In this document: positions 43,740-53,951 of the stretch, piece by piece
How the letters are laid out: each line of letters opens with the position of its first letter
How positions within the stretch are numbered: position 1 is the stretch's first letter
NCBI GenBank assembly: GCA_951813285.1
Contig: OX638355.1
Coordinates: 1,424,653-1,488,652, forward strand
DNA: 64,000 nucleotides
Direction of reading: 5' to 3'
Source of the DNA: Terriglobia bacterium
GTDB lineage: Bacteria > Acidobacteriota > Terriglobia > Versatilivoradales > Versatilivoraceae
Translations under genes and position numbers: made by a program
Notes under the pieces: model-generated
Databases searched by the model: none
Told to the model about the DNA's origin: nothing
The model's input: only the letters and a program-made list of their open reading frames with translations

Positions 43740-44501
43740 ATGAACACCCCTATTCTGCTTCATGAGCTCACCCGTGAGAAAGCACGGGAACTGGCTCCTC
43801 AAACCCTTCTGGTGCTGCCGGTCGGCGCCGTCGAACAACACGGTCCCCACCTGCCGGTCGGCACCGACTTCCTGACCGTCGAGCACGTGGCGCGGGGAGC
43901 GGCGGAACAGGCCAAGGAAAAAATTTCGGTGTTGGTTGCTCCCACCTTGCCCTTTGGTTCCTCCCATCACCACCTGTCCTTTGGCGGCACCCTGTCTCTC
44001 AGCACGGAAACCTATTACCGGACTCTTTTCGACCTGGGAGAATCCATGGTGATCTCCGGATTTCGCAGTCTGGTGCTACTCAACGGGCACGGGGGCAACC
44101 ATGAGTTGATCCAGCTTGTCGCTCGGGATTTGGCCATCAAGCACGATATCAAGTTTGCCGCCATGTCCTATTGGACCGTGGCCTGGGATGCCCTGGTGGA
44201 AGAGGGGGCTCACCTGAGCGGCAATCTCCCCGGGCATGCAGGCTTCTATGAGACATCTCAGATAATGGCCCTGCGCCCGGATCTGGTGGTGGAGCCGCTG
44301 CCCCATCGCGAGGGAGACCACGGCTCCGACCCCCGCAGTTTCTACGGTCCCTATCGGTCGGAGAAACACCGGTTTCTGGAAGACCTGGACGGCTATACCG
44401 ACAGCCCCGACCGGGGCGATGCGGAGCGGGGAAAAGCCTACCTGGCGGCGGTGGTCCGTTCTGTGGGCCAAGCCTTCGTAGAGTTCCACAAGTCCGGATG
44501 A
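43740..44501 (+). CDS. creatininase (creatinine amidohydrolase) family protein
   Basis: ATG at 43740 preceded by AAGGAGA. LLVLPVGAVEQHGPHLPVGTD...LPFGSSHHH...LLNGHGGN. Confidence 0.85.
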   Translation: MNTPILLHELTREKARELAPQTLLVLPVGAVEQHGPHLPVGTDFLTVEHVARGAAEQAKEKISVLVAPTLPFGSSHHHLSFGGTLSLSTETYYRTLFDLGESMVISGFRSLVLLNGHGGNHELIQLVARDLAIKHDIKFAAMSYWTVAWDALVEEGAHLSGNLPGHAGFYETSQIMALRPDLVVEPLPHREGDHGSDPRSFYGPYRSEKHRFLEDLDGYTDSPDRGDAERGKAYLAAVVRSVGQAFVEFHKSG

Positions 44502-44548
44502 CGTCGGGGTAGAGGAGATTTTAACCGATCGCCGGTAGGAGGAATCCC

Positions 44549-45349
44549 ATGGGGGACCGTCTCAAGGACAAGGTAGCCATCGTCAGCGGAGCCGGCTCGG
44601 TCGGCCCCGGTTGGGGCAACGGCAAGGCTGCTGCCGTTCTCTTTGCCCGGGAGGGCGCCAGGGTGTTGGCGGTGGATATCAATCCCGACGCTGCAGAGGA
44701 GACTCGCCGCATCATTCTGGAGGAGGGTGGGGAGTGCGCCGTCCACCGGACGGATGTTTCCCGCGGGGAACAGGTAAAAGCCATGGCGGATCGCTGCCTT
44801 GAGGTCTACGGCAGGATCGACATCCTCCACAATAACGTGGGAATCCTCCACGTGGGCGGGCCGGAAGAAATTTCCGAGGAACAGTGGGACCACCTGTTCG
44901 CAGTCAACGTGAAGGGCATGTTCCTGAGTTGCAAATACGTCCTGCCGGTCATGGAACGCCAGGGCAAGGGCGCGATCGTCAACATTTCCTCGTTTGCCGC
45001 GATCCGCTACACGGGTTATCCGGCGATTTCCTATCAGGCTTCCAAGGGGGCCGTCAATCAGCTCACTCAGAGCATAGCTCTTCAGTATGCGCCCAAGAAC
45101 ATTCGGGCCAACTGCATTCTGCCGGGCTTCATGAACACTCCCATGATCGTGGAGCCGCTGAAAGATACCTATGGGCCGGGAGGGGTGGAGCAGATGGTGC
45201 GGAAACGGGACGCCATGGTGCCCACGGGCAAGATGGGAGATGCTTGGGATGTGGCCTATGCGGCACTGTTCCTGGCCTCGGACGAAGCCAGGTACATTAC
45301 CGGGATCCAGTTGGTGGTGGACGGCGGGGTCACCTGCAAGGTGGTCTGA
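44549..45349 (+). CDS. SDR family oxidoreductase
   Basis: KVAIVSGAGSVGPGWGNGKAAA (TGxxxGxG-like), NNVGI, catalytic YQASKGA. Confidence 0.9.
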   Translation: MGDRLKDKVAIVSGAGSVGPGWGNGKAAAVLFAREGARVLAVDINPDAAEETRRIILEEGGECAVHRTDVSRGEQVKAMADRCLEVYGRIDILHNNVGILHVGGPEEISEEQWDHLFAVNVKGMFLSCKYVLPVMERQGKGAIVNISSFAAIRYTGYPAISYQASKGAVNQLTQSIALQYAPKNIRANCILPGFMNTPMIVEPLKDTYGPGGVEQMVRKRDAMVPTGKMGDAWDVAYAALFLASDEARYITGIQLVVDGGVTCKVV

Positions 45350-45354
45350 GGGGC

Positions 45355-45415
45355 ATCCACGAAGGGAAAAGAATTATCCACCAAGGGCCACGAAGGACGA
45401 CGAAGGGCCACTAAG
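45355..45415 (+). repeat. repeat family B, copy 4 (core only)
   Basis: atccacgaagggaaaagaattatccaccaagggccacgaaggacgacgaagggccactaag. Words at 45359/45380/45390/45400. Begins 5 nt after the SDR stop. Confidence 0.8.
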
Positions 45416-45508
45416 AAAAACCAAAGGAAAATAAGTTTGTTCGGCTTTGCCGCTCTCTGTTGACCCACAACACTGCCGACGTATGGGACTTCCCACCCCA
45501 ACTGACCA

Positions 45509-46951
45509 CTAACCGCTAACCACCGCCTTTCTGATTATCTTTCCGCCCACGTCGGTCAGGCGGAAGTCGCGGCCCTGGAATCGGTAGGTGAACTTCTCGT
45601 GGTCGATCCCCATGCAGTGCAGGACGGTAGCCTGGAAGTCGTTGATGTGCACCGGTTCTTCCACCGGGTTGTAGCCCAGGTCGTCGGTGGATCCGATGGT
45701 GACCCCCGGCTTGATGCCCCCACCCGCCATCCAGAGGGTGTAGGCTTTCATATGGTGGTCCCTGCCGTAGTTTCCCCGGGTCATGTCTCCCTGGTTCATG
45801 GGCGTTCGCCCGAACTCCCCTCCCCAGATCACCAGGGTGTCCTTGAATAGACCCCGCTGCTTCAGATCCCGAATCAGCGCCGCCGTCGCCTGGTCGGTCT
45901 GGCGGCACTGCAAGGCGATGTTCGAGGGCAAGCTGTTGTGGTGGTCCCAGCCGCGGTGGTAGAGCTGGATGAATCGGACCCCTCGCTCGATCAGGCGCCG
46001 GGCCAGCAGGCAATTGTTGGCAAAGGAGGAAACACCGGGTTGAGCACCGTACTGCTCCAGCACCTTCTGAGGTTCCTGGCCGGTGTCCATCAGATCCGGA
46101 ACACTGGTTTGCATCCGGTAGGCCATCTCGAAGGACTTGATCCGGGCCGCGATGTCGGGGTCGCCCACCGAATCCATCTTGAGGCGATTGAGGTCCCGCA
46201 GTCCGTCCAGCAGATGGCGCCGAGAGGTGGAGGTGACGCCTTTGGGGTTGGAAACAAAAAGGATGGGCTCTCCCTGGGACCGAAACTCCACTCCCTGGTG
46301 GCTGCTGGGCAGGAAGCCGCTGCCCCAGTAGCGGGACAGCAGGGGTTGACCCTGACCGCCCCCCGAAGTCAAGACGACGAAGGAGGGCAACTGATGATTT
46401 TCACTGCCCAGGCCGTAGGAGAACCAGGCCCCCATGGTGGGGCGTCCCGGCTGTTGTCCTCCCGTCTGGATCAAGGTCACGGCCGGGTCGTGGTTGATGG
46501 CGTCGGTATGCATCGAGCGAATGATGGCCAAGTCGTCGGCTATGCCGGCCGTGTGCGGCAGCAGTTCGGACATTTCTGCGCCGGACCGTCCGTGTTTCTG
46601 GAATTGGAACTTGGATCCCATGCATACCAGCTTGCGGCCGGCAAGCTGAGCGATCCGCTGGCCTTTGGTGACGCTTTCGGGCATGGGTTCCCCGGTCATT
46701 TCAACCAGCTTCGGCTTGGGGTCGAACAGATCCAGTTGGGATGGGGCTCCCGACATGAAGAGGTAGATGATGCGCTTGGCCGTGGGTGCGAAGTGCAGCG
46801 GTTTCAACGCGCCGAAGGATTTTCCGTTCGTGTCGCCATACAGGTCTTCCCTCAAAAGCGTCGCCAGGGCCAGCGAGCCGATGCCCTTGGCCCCTCGACC
46901 GAAGAAGCGCCGTCTCGTCATCTGAAGGGCCAGCTCTTGTTCAAGGCTCAT
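45509..46951 (-). CDS. DUF1501 domain protein (sulfatase/alkaline-phosphatase-like fold) with Tat signal
   Basis: MTRRRFFGRGAKGIGSLALATLL twin-arginine signal; ...GGFLPS.HQG...WDHH...LV.WGGEFGRTP...GRDHH. Confidence 0.9.
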   Translation of the reverse strand: MSLEQELALQMTRRRFFGRGAKGIGSLALATLLREDLYGDTNGKSFGALKPLHFAPTAKRIIYLFMSGAPSQLDLFDPKPKLVEMTGEPMPESVTKGQRIAQLAGRKLVCMGSKFQFQKHGRSGAEMSELLPHTAGIADDLAIIRSMHTDAINHDPAVTLIQTGGQQPGRPTMGAWFSYGLGSENHQLPSFVVLTSGGGQGQPLLSRYWGSGFLPSSHQGVEFRSQGEPILFVSNPKGVTSTSRRHLLDGLRDLNRLKMDSVGDPDIAARIKSFEMAYRMQTSVPDLMDTGQEPQKVLEQYGAQPGVSSFANNCLLARRLIERGVRFIQLYHRGWDHHNSLPSNIALQCRQTDQATAALIRDLKQRGLFKDTLVIWGGEFGRTPMNQGDMTRGNYGRDHHMKAYTLWMAGGGIKPGVTIGSTDDLGYNPVEEPVHINDFQATVLHCMGIDHEKFTYRFQGRDFRLTDVGGKIIRKAVVSG

Positions 46952-46955
46952 GGAT

Positions 46956-49900
46956 CTACTCCTTGGTCATGGTCTCGTCCAGGTTCAGAATCAACTTGGC
47001 CACGCCGGTCCAGGCTGCCAGTTGAGTCACCTCGAGATCTGCGTCGGCCGGCGACTCCCCGATGCTGGCCAGCTGCCGGGCCTTGGCCGCGTCGCCCTGG
47101 TAAGTAGCGAAAATCCTGCGGAAGGTGCGTTCGGTAATCTTCTCTTCTTCAGGTTCGGGCAGTCGGGCCAGGGCCGTGCGATAGGCGAAACGAATGCGCT
47201 CACGCATCGAGGGTCCGGCCTCCTTGAGAATCCGCTGGGCAAAGACGCGCGCGGCCTCCACGTAGGTGGTCTCGTTCAGGGTGATCAGCGCCTGCAACGG
47301 AGTGACCGTACGCTCCCGGCTGACGGTGCAGACCTCGCGGTCGGGTGCGTCGAAGGTCTGCAGGATGGGATTGGGCACCGAGCGTTTCCAGAAGGTGTAT
47401 AGACTGCGGCGATAGAGATCTTCTCCCCGGCTCTGCTCGTACTTGGTGCGGCAGTAGAAGGCCTTGTGCTCCCAGAGTCCGGGAGGCTGATAAGGAAAGA
47501 CGCTCGCCCCCCCGGGGGGGCGGTCCCGGTCCAGCAGCCCGCTGACGGCCAGCACGTTGTCGCGGATGGCCTCGGCGGGCAGCCGCAGCCGGGGGCCTCT
47601 GGCCAGCAATCGGTTGGCAGGGTCCCTGGACAGAAGCTCCGGGCGGAACCGGGAAGATTGCCGGTAGGTGGCCGACATCACAATGGTCTTCAGCATGGAC
47701 TGGACGTCCCAACCTCCGTCCACAAACTCCCGAGCCAGCCAGTCCAGCAGCGCGGGGTGAGAGGGCGGCTCGCCCTGCGTGCCGAATTCATTGGCGGTTC
47801 GCACGATTCCGGTACCGAAGAAGAGCTGCCAGAAGCGGTTGACCGCGACTCGGCCCACCAGCGGATGGTCGGGGTCGACCAGCCAGCGAGCCAGGGCCAG
47901 ACGATCGACTTTGTCTCCCTCGGGCAACGAGGGCAAAAATTCGGGAACGCCTGCCGACACTGGCTCGCCTTTGCTCCGGTAGTCTCCCCGTACCAGGATG
48001 TGGGTGGGCCTGCGGTACTCCATGTCCTCCATCACCCGCACGGTGGGGATGTCTTGCTCCAGTTCCTCCTTTTCCTTGCGCAACTGGGACAGTTGCCGGA
48101 CGAGGGCCTGCAGTCGGGGGGAATGTTTCTCGCGAAAATAGTGCCTCAAGGCCGTCTTTTCCCCACCGTCTCTCTCCAGCACCGGCTTCGCTGCCGCCGT
48201 CATCACCTGCATGAGCGCCTTATCCTCCAGGGGCGCATCCAGGGAAAAATAGAATCCATAGCCGCCGCCATAGTTGACGACTTTCAGGAGCAGGTCATTG
48301 GCTCCGGACCGCAGGTCCACCTGCACCTCGATCGATTTCGCCGGCTCGCAACCCTCCACGGCTTTGGCAAGCACGAGCCGCCCGTTCAACCAGACCTTGA
48401 GACCGTCGGCATAGGGGGCGTTGGTGGCCACGAAGAATTTCAGTTTGCGGGCGGATTCGGCATGGATCCGGCGGTGCAGGTAGGTGGCGGCCTTGGTTCC
48501 CAACAGCGATTGAGCCTCCCCGTCCTTCCAGTCCGGGCGAGCGTTCCAGGTCAACTTGCCGTCCTGATAGTTCTTGGAGAAGTCCAGCTCGGATTCGGGC
48601 GGAAAGGCCCGCGTGAAGGCTTCTTCGGCGGACTGGACGAAAAATGGCCCGATCACCGACCAATCCTTCAGTTCCAGCTCCTGGCGGGTCCGATGGATTC
48701 GAGCCAGCTCTCCTTCCCATTCGGCCTGGGCCTCGTCCAGGCCGTCATGGGTCATGTCGAGCCGGGCTTGCCGGCTCGCTTCCAGAGTCTGGATGGTTTT
48801 TTCCAGTCGGCTCAGCCGCGAGCGTTGCTCCTCGGACGGCAGCCACAGGTAGGGCGGGGCGGGGTCCCGGTCCAGACCCTTCTCGGGGATCTGGTGGAAG
48901 AAATCGTACAGTCGGTAATACTCCTGCTGGGTAAAGGGGTCGAACTTGTGGTCGTGGCACTCGGCGCAGGCCACGGTGGAGCCCAGCCAGACGGTCGCGG
49001 TCGTGTTGACCCGATCGATCACGTACTTGGAGAGGTACTCCTTGGCGTCGGCGCCGCCTTCGGTGCTGGTCATTCCGTTGCGGTTGAAGGCGGTGGCGAT
49101 TCTCTGGTCCAGGGTGGGGTCGGGCAGCAGGTCTCCCGCCAATTGCTCGATCGTAAACCGGTCGAAGGGCTTGTTGGCATTGAAGGCCGCGATCACCCAA
49201 TCCCGGTACTTCCACATCGATCGGGGGAAGTCGACATGGTAGCCGTCCGAGTCGGCATAGCGGGCCAGGTCCAGCCAGTGCATGGCCATGCGCTCGCCGT
49301 GGTGGGGCGAAGCCAACAGTCTGTTCACCAGTCTCTCGTAGGCCCGCGGTCTCCCATCGGAAAGAAAGTTCTCGACTTCCCGGACGGTGGGCGGGAGGCC
49401 GGTCAGGTCGAAAGTCAGGCGCCGGATGAGGGTCCTTCGGTCCACTTCCGGCGAGGGGCGTATGCCTTCCCGTTCCAGCCGGGCCAGAATGAAATGATCG
49501 ATGGCGTTGGCTGGCCAGCTCTTGTCCTTCACAGCCGGGAGTGGCGGGCGTTCCGGGGTTATGTAGGCCCAATGTTTACTCCAGGGAGCTCCCTGGCGAA
49601 TCCAGCGGGTCAGCAAGTCGATTTGCCGCCGGGTCAGTTCCTTGCCCGAGTAGGCCGGGGGCATCTTGAGAGCGACGTCCCCAGCGGTGATTCGCCGGAT
49701 GAGCTCGCTCTCTTCCGGCTTCCCGGGGACGATGGCCAGCCTTCCCGAGTCCAGCCGGCCCAGGGCGGAATCCTGGAGGTCGAGGCGCAACCCGGCCATG
49801 CGCTGGTTCTGATCGGGCCCGTGGCAGGCGTAGCAGTTGTCGGCAAGGATGGGACGAATGTCGCGGTTGAAATCCGGAGGGGAGTTCTCCCCGGATTCGG

Positions 49901-50003
49901 CCGCGTGCAGGGGATTGACAAACCAGGCCGCCACGGCCAAGCCGGTCACAATCCAGGCGCCGCCCCTTAGAAACAGCGGCATTGCCGGTCGCAGGCAACT
50001 CAT
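46956..50003 (-). CDS. PSCyt1 (heme c CxxCH) / DUF1549 / DUF1553 multidomain protein (Planctomycete cytochrome C family)
   Basis: In-frame ATG at 50003. DNCYACHGPDQNQRMAGLRLD (CxxCH), DHFILARLE (DUF1549), CAECHDHKFDP, HPLVGRVAVNRFWQ..FG.G (DUF1553). Stop lies 4 nt before the DUF1501 ATG. Confidence 0.9.
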   Translation of the reverse strand: MSCLRPAMPLFLRGGAWIVTGLAVAAWFVNPLHAAESGENSPPDFNRDIRPILADNCYACHGPDQNQRMAGLRLDLQDSALGRLDSGRLAIVPGKPEESELIRRITAGDVALKMPPAYSGKELTRRQIDLLTRWIRQGAPWSKHWAYITPERPPLPAVKDKSWPANAIDHFILARLEREGIRPSPEVDRRTLIRRLTFDLTGLPPTVREVENFLSDGRPRAYERLVNRLLASPHHGERMAMHWLDLARYADSDGYHVDFPRSMWKYRDWVIAAFNANKPFDRFTIEQLAGDLLPDPTLDQRIATAFNRNGMTSTEGGADAKEYLSKYVIDRVNTTATVWLGSTVACAECHDHKFDPFTQQEYYRLYDFFHQIPEKGLDRDPAPPYLWLPSEEQRSRLSRLEKTIQTLEASRQARLDMTHDGLDEAQAEWEGELARIHRTRQELELKDWSVIGPFFVQSAEEAFTRAFPPESELDFSKNYQDGKLTWNARPDWKDGEAQSLLGTKAATYLHRRIHAESARKLKFFVATNAPYADGLKVWLNGRLVLAKAVEGCEPAKSIEVQVDLRSGANDLLLKVVNYGGGYGFYFSLDAPLEDKALMQVMTAAAKPVLERDGGEKTALRHYFREKHSPRLQALVRQLSQLRKEKEELEQDIPTVRVMEDMEYRRPTHILVRGDYRSKGEPVSAGVPEFLPSLPEGDKVDRLALARWLVDPDHPLVGRVAVNRFWQLFFGTGIVRTANEFGTQGEPPSHPALLDWLAREFVDGGWDVQSMLKTIVMSATYRQSSRFRPELLSRDPANRLLARGPRLRLPAEAIRDNVLAVSGLLDRDRPPGGASVFPYQPPGLWEHKAFYCRTKYEQSRGEDLYRRSLYTFWKRSVPNPILQTFDAPDREVCTVSRERTVTPLQALITLNETTYVEAARVFAQRILKEAGPSMRERIRFAYRTALARLPEPEEEKITERTFRRIFATYQGDAAKARQLASIGESPADADLEVTQLAAWTGVAKLILNLDETMTKE

Positions 50004-50188
50004 AGTTGGCTGATGCCTCCTCACTTGAGGACGAGTGGGTTTCAACTCCACGGTGCTGTCACCGACTGCCGCGGATGTCCGGGATTTCAGTCCAAAGGGC
50101 AAGACAAAACCACGTCTATATGAACCCGCTCATTTTAGTCGAACCGATTCCCGGGTATCAAGGCGAAGCCGGCCGAAACAGGAATCGA

Positions 50189-50219
50189 TTGACATATCGG
50201 TCGAGCCATTCATTAGAAT
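50189..50219 (+). promoter_or_regulatory. weak sigma70-type promoter candidate for the DUF4432 operon
   Basis: TTGACA (50189-50194) and TAGAAT (50214-50219), but with a long 19-nt spacer. GAGGAGGG Shine-Dalgarno before ATG 50251. Confidence 0.3.
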
Positions 50220-50250
50220 ACGAGGATCGCAGTAGAGAGGAGGGTGTGCC

Positions 50251-51435
50251 ATGGCGGAGGAGAAGTCTTGGGTTTTGACTGATGTCGGTGCCAACGTCTG
50301 GAAAGAGTCGCTTTTTCTGGGCCACGACGACCTGGGAGTCCCGGATTGCACGGTCTCCAAGACTCGCCTGCAAGGAGGCTTGAGAAGCGGCGTCGATCTG
50401 GTGGAGGTCACCAATGCCGAACTCTCCTTCTCCATTCTGCCAACCCGTGGAATGGGGCTTTGGAAAGCGTCCTGCCGCGGGATTCCGGTGGGTTGGGAAT
50501 CTCCGGTCAAGGGCCCGGTGCATCCCAAGTGGGTGGACGAAGGGGACCGGGGTGGGCTGGGCTGGCTGAAGGGTTTCGACGAATGCATCGTGCGGTGCGG
50601 CCTGGACTCCAATGGATCCCCTGGGGAAGACGTTATCGTCGACAACAACGGAAACCGTGTCGCGGTCGACCTCACCCTCCATGGCAAGATCGCCAATCTG
50701 CCGGCTCACTACCTGGAGGTCCGTTCCGATCCCGGAAGCGGCAGTGTATCGGTGGTGGGGGAGGTGGACGAATCCTCCCTCTTCCTTCCGGGCCTCCGCC
50801 TGCGGTCGACCGTCAGCACCACTCCCCGCTCCAACCGTTTGACGGTCCGGGACACCGTCACCAATTTGAGGACCACTCCCTCCGAGCTGGAATTGGTCTA
50901 CCATTGCAACTTCGGCCGGCCATTCCTGGGGGCCGGCTCCAGGATGCTGGCGGCCGTGCTGGAGGTCGCTCCCCGGGACGCCCGGGCGGTGGAGGGGATC
51001 GGAGAGACCGATACCTACCTGCCGCCCACCCCCGGATACGTGGAGCAGGTTTACTTCTATGACCTGGCGGAGGGTGCGTCGGGCCGCACCCTGGTGGCCT
51101 TGCGGAATGCCTCCGGTGACCGCGCCGTGGTGCTTCGATTCAACAAGAGAGAGCTTCCGCACTTCACCCAGTGGAAAAATACGGTCGGTCTGTCCGACGG
51201 ATACGTCACCGGGCTGGAGCCGGGAACCAACTATCCCAACCTGAAGGGATTCGAGCGGGAAAAGGGTCGCGTTATCGTACTGCCGCCGGGTGAGAGTTAC
51301 CAGTGCCGGCTGGAGCTGGAGGTCTGCACCGGCCGGGACCAGGTGGCGGCCGTCGAAGACGAAGTGGCCCAGATCCAAGGCGGCCGTCGACCCGCCATCC
51401 ACAAGAGCCCCCACGGAAAATACTCACCCGTTTGA
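50251..51435 (+). CDS. DUF4432 / aldose-1-epimerase-like family protein
   Basis: SILPTRGMGLWKA...GWESPVKGPVHP...LHGKIANLPA...LVYHCNFG... pattern of the DUF4432 mutarotase-like family. Confidence 0.7.
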   Translation: MAEEKSWVLTDVGANVWKESLFLGHDDLGVPDCTVSKTRLQGGLRSGVDLVEVTNAELSFSILPTRGMGLWKASCRGIPVGWESPVKGPVHPKWVDEGDRGGLGWLKGFDECIVRCGLDSNGSPGEDVIVDNNGNRVAVDLTLHGKIANLPAHYLEVRSDPGSGSVSVVGEVDESSLFLPGLRLRSTVSTTPRSNRLTVRDTVTNLRTTPSELELVYHCNFGRPFLGAGSRMLAAVLEVAPRDARAVEGIGETDTYLPPTPGYVEQVYFYDLAEGASGRTLVALRNASGDRAVVLRFNKRELPHFTQWKNTVGLSDGYVTGLEPGTNYPNLKGFEREKGRVIVLPPGESYQCRLELEVCTGRDQVAAVEDEVAQIQGGRRPAIHKSPHGKYSPV

Positions 51436-51499
51436 AGACTCCTGTCTGGGGGGAGACTCTCGTCCACCAACCGACCGCAGCCAGGGAAGACAAGAAAAC

Positions 51500-52453
51500 A
51501 TGACGAAGAGCGAAGAGGCCAAATCGAAGTATCAGGGAATTTTCGTCGCAGCCTGCACTCCCATGAAGGAAGACTATGCACTGGATCTTCCCAGGATCGG
51601 GACCTGTATCGAATATCTCGTCAGCGGAGGGTTGCGGACCGGAACGGGGGTGTATGTGGCGTTGGGTGCGGGCGGAGAGCAGATGCATCTGTCCACCGAA
51701 GAACGCAAGGCGGTTGCCGAGGCCGCCGTCAACGCTTCGGCCGGCCGCCTGCCCGTTTTCGTCGGAATCTCTCATCAGTCCACTCGAACTTCGGTGGAAT
51801 TGGCCCAACACGCCGAGAAGATCGGGGCGGACGGATTGCAGGTCGAACCTCCCTGGTACTTCGCCAGCACCGCCGATGACGCCTTCGAGTACTTCCGTGC
51901 CATCAGTGAATCCGTCAGCCTGGGACTGACGGCCTACAATACGTTCTGGACCTGCGGCTTCGACATGGACCTGAGCTTCGTGGAGCGACTGGCCGAGCTG
52001 GAAAACGTGGTGGGACTGAAGTGGTCCAGCAGCAACGACAGTGAGCTGGTGGCGGTGTTGTCCGCCTGTAGGGATCGGTTCAACATCGTCTGTAATTTTC
52101 ACGGCGCCTTCGTGGCCTCGTCTTTTATCCTGGGTGCTCGGGGGTATGTCTCCCAAGCCGCCAACTTTGCACCCAGGACCAACCTCAGAATCCTTGAGGC
52201 GCTGCGGGCCAGGGAATACGAGCAGGCCACTCATCTCTATATGGCGTCGGAAGAAGTGTACAATCGGGCTTTGGCGGAAGTGATACGTGAGGGGATCACG
52301 GGGGAGGGCAACTTCATCAAGGCCTGCATGCCGCTGGTGGGAATTCCTTGTGGTCCGGCCAGGTTGCCCTTGAGGCATCCGCCCGCCTGGTTCGTAGACC
52401 GGGTGCGTCGGATGATCGATTCGGTGGGAGAGCTACGCCTGGCTGCTTCCTGA
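51500..52453 (+). CDS. dihydrodipicolinate synthase/N-acetylneuraminate lyase (DapA-like) family protein
   Basis: In-frame ATG at 51500. GIFVAACTPMKEDYALD...GVYVALGAGGEQMHLSTEERKAV...VFVGISH...GADGLQVEPPWYF. Confidence 0.8.
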   Translation: MTKSEEAKSKYQGIFVAACTPMKEDYALDLPRIGTCIEYLVSGGLRTGTGVYVALGAGGEQMHLSTEERKAVAEAAVNASAGRLPVFVGISHQSTRTSVELAQHAEKIGADGLQVEPPWYFASTADDAFEYFRAISESVSLGLTAYNTFWTCGFDMDLSFVERLAELENVVGLKWSSSNDSELVAVLSACRDRFNIVCNFHGAFVASSFILGARGYVSQAANFAPRTNLRILEALRAREYEQATHLYMASEEVYNRALAEVIREGITGEGNFIKACMPLVGIPCGPARLPLRHPPAWFVDRVRRMIDSVGELRLAAS

Positions 52454-52493
52454 ACAACGCAGGAATGAGGCTGGGTAACGAAAAGGAGACGAG

Positions 52494-52889
52494 ATGGGGA
52501 AAAGAACCATCCTGGCTGTCGTAGCTGTTTTTCTGGCTTGGTCCTTGCTGGATATTGTCATTCATCAGCTGATCCTGATGGGTGAATATCGGGCTACGGC
52601 TGCACTTTGGCGGCCCGAGACCGAGATCATGATCGGGTTGATCTACGTGGTGACGCTGATTTCCGCGTTGATGTTCGTCAGTATCTACAAGTTCTTGATT
52701 TGCCGGAAGGAGTTGGGCCGGGCCATTCAATTCGGTCTGCTGTACGGGGTGGCCGTTGGAATCGGAATGGGCTACGGCAGCTTTGCCGTAATGCCTTTTA
52801 CCCACACGATCGCATTGGTCTGGTTCCTGGGAACCGTGGTGCAAGGGGGTGTGGCGGGCGCCCTGCTCGGACTGATCGTCAAGGAGTAG
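52494..52889 (+). CDS. small integral membrane protein (4 predicted TM helices)
   Basis: Four hydrophobic stretches (ILAVVAVFLAWSLLDIVI, IGLIYVVTLISALMFVSIY, FGLLYGVAVGIGMGYGSFAV, LVWFLGTVVQGGVAGALLGLIV). Sits between two DapA-like genes. Confidence 0.6.
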   Translation: MGKRTILAVVAVFLAWSLLDIVIHQLILMGEYRATAALWRPETEIMIGLIYVVTLISALMFVSIYKFLICRKELGRAIQFGLLYGVAVGIGMGYGSFAVMPFTHTIALVWFLGTVVQGGVAGALLGLIVKE

Positions 52890-52998
52890 GTTGTTTTAGC
52901 TGGAGGCATTGCAGAACCTTCCGCGGGCGGTTGCCCCATACGACGTGGGGGCTCATATGGGATGAATCAGGGGTGTACCAAACAAGAAAGAGACGACC

Positions 52999-53916
52999 AT
53001 GGATGCTCTCAAGCAGGAGATTCGAAACAATCTGACCGGTCCGGTGGCTTCCATCCGGACCCCCTTTCTGCGGGACGGTCAAGTCGACTACGCCGGCCTG
53101 CGGCGCTATGTGGATTTTTCCATCCAGGCCGGCAGCCCCACCATGCTGCTGACCTGGGGCGACAGCCTGTATACGCTCCTGACCGATGACGATATTGCCG
53201 AGGTGACCCGGGTGGTTTGCGAGCAGACGGCCGGCCGGGCCATGGTGGTGGCGGCCGAACGGAACTGGGGTACTCCCAAGCTGGTGGAGTTCGCCCGGTA
53301 CGCCAAGGAGACCGGGGCCGGCGTCCTGATGGTGATGCCGCCCGACTGGGCCGGATCCTGCACCACGTCCACGCTGGTGGACCACTATGCGGCTGCTGCA
53401 GCCGAGCTGCCGGTAATGATCATCACGGCCACCTTCGTGCCTCGGGGGGAGGCATTCGGCCTGGAGACGCTCAAGCGGGTTCGGGACGAGGTGCCGGGAG
53501 TGGTGGCCATCAAGGACGACTGGTGCGGGGAGTTCGGCCGGAAGATGGCGCTGCTGGTCCACGACCGCTGGGCCGTCTTTTCCGGCGGGCAGAAGCAGAA
53601 TCACCTGAACCTTCATCCCTTTGGCTGTGACGGCTACCTTTCAACCTTCATCACCTTCAAGCCCGAGGTATCCCACGACTATTGGAAGGCCATCCAGACG
53701 GAGGATATGGCCAAGGCCGTCGAAATCATCCGGAACTTCGATCTGCCCCTGTTCGAGTTCATCATGGCGCGGCAGGGAGCCTTTGACGCCTGGTTTCACG
53801 GGATGTACGAGCACTACGGGCTCTGCGGGCGCTGGAGAAGACCGCCCTATTACAGCCTCAGCGACGCCGAGATGGAACAGTTGGGGGACTTCCTCAAGAA
53901 ACAGCGATTGCTGTAG
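52999..53916 (+). CDS. DapA-like (class I aldolase) family protein, second paralog
   Basis: PVASIRTPFLRDGQVDYAGLRRYVDF...GAGVLMVMPP...VVAIKDD (Schiff-base Lys context). Confidence 0.75.
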   Translation: MDALKQEIRNNLTGPVASIRTPFLRDGQVDYAGLRRYVDFSIQAGSPTMLLTWGDSLYTLLTDDDIAEVTRVVCEQTAGRAMVVAAERNWGTPKLVEFARYAKETGAGVLMVMPPDWAGSCTTSTLVDHYAAAAAELPVMIITATFVPRGEAFGLETLKRVRDEVPGVVAIKDDWCGEFGRKMALLVHDRWAVFSGGQKQNHLNLHPFGCDGYLSTFITFKPEVSHDYWKAIQTEDMAKAVEIIRNFDLPLFEFIMARQGAFDAWFHGMYEHYGLCGRWRRPPYYSLSDAEMEQLGDFLKKQRLL

Positions 53917-53951
53917 CGGGGGTACGGGACATCGGTCGGGAGCAGGTCTGT

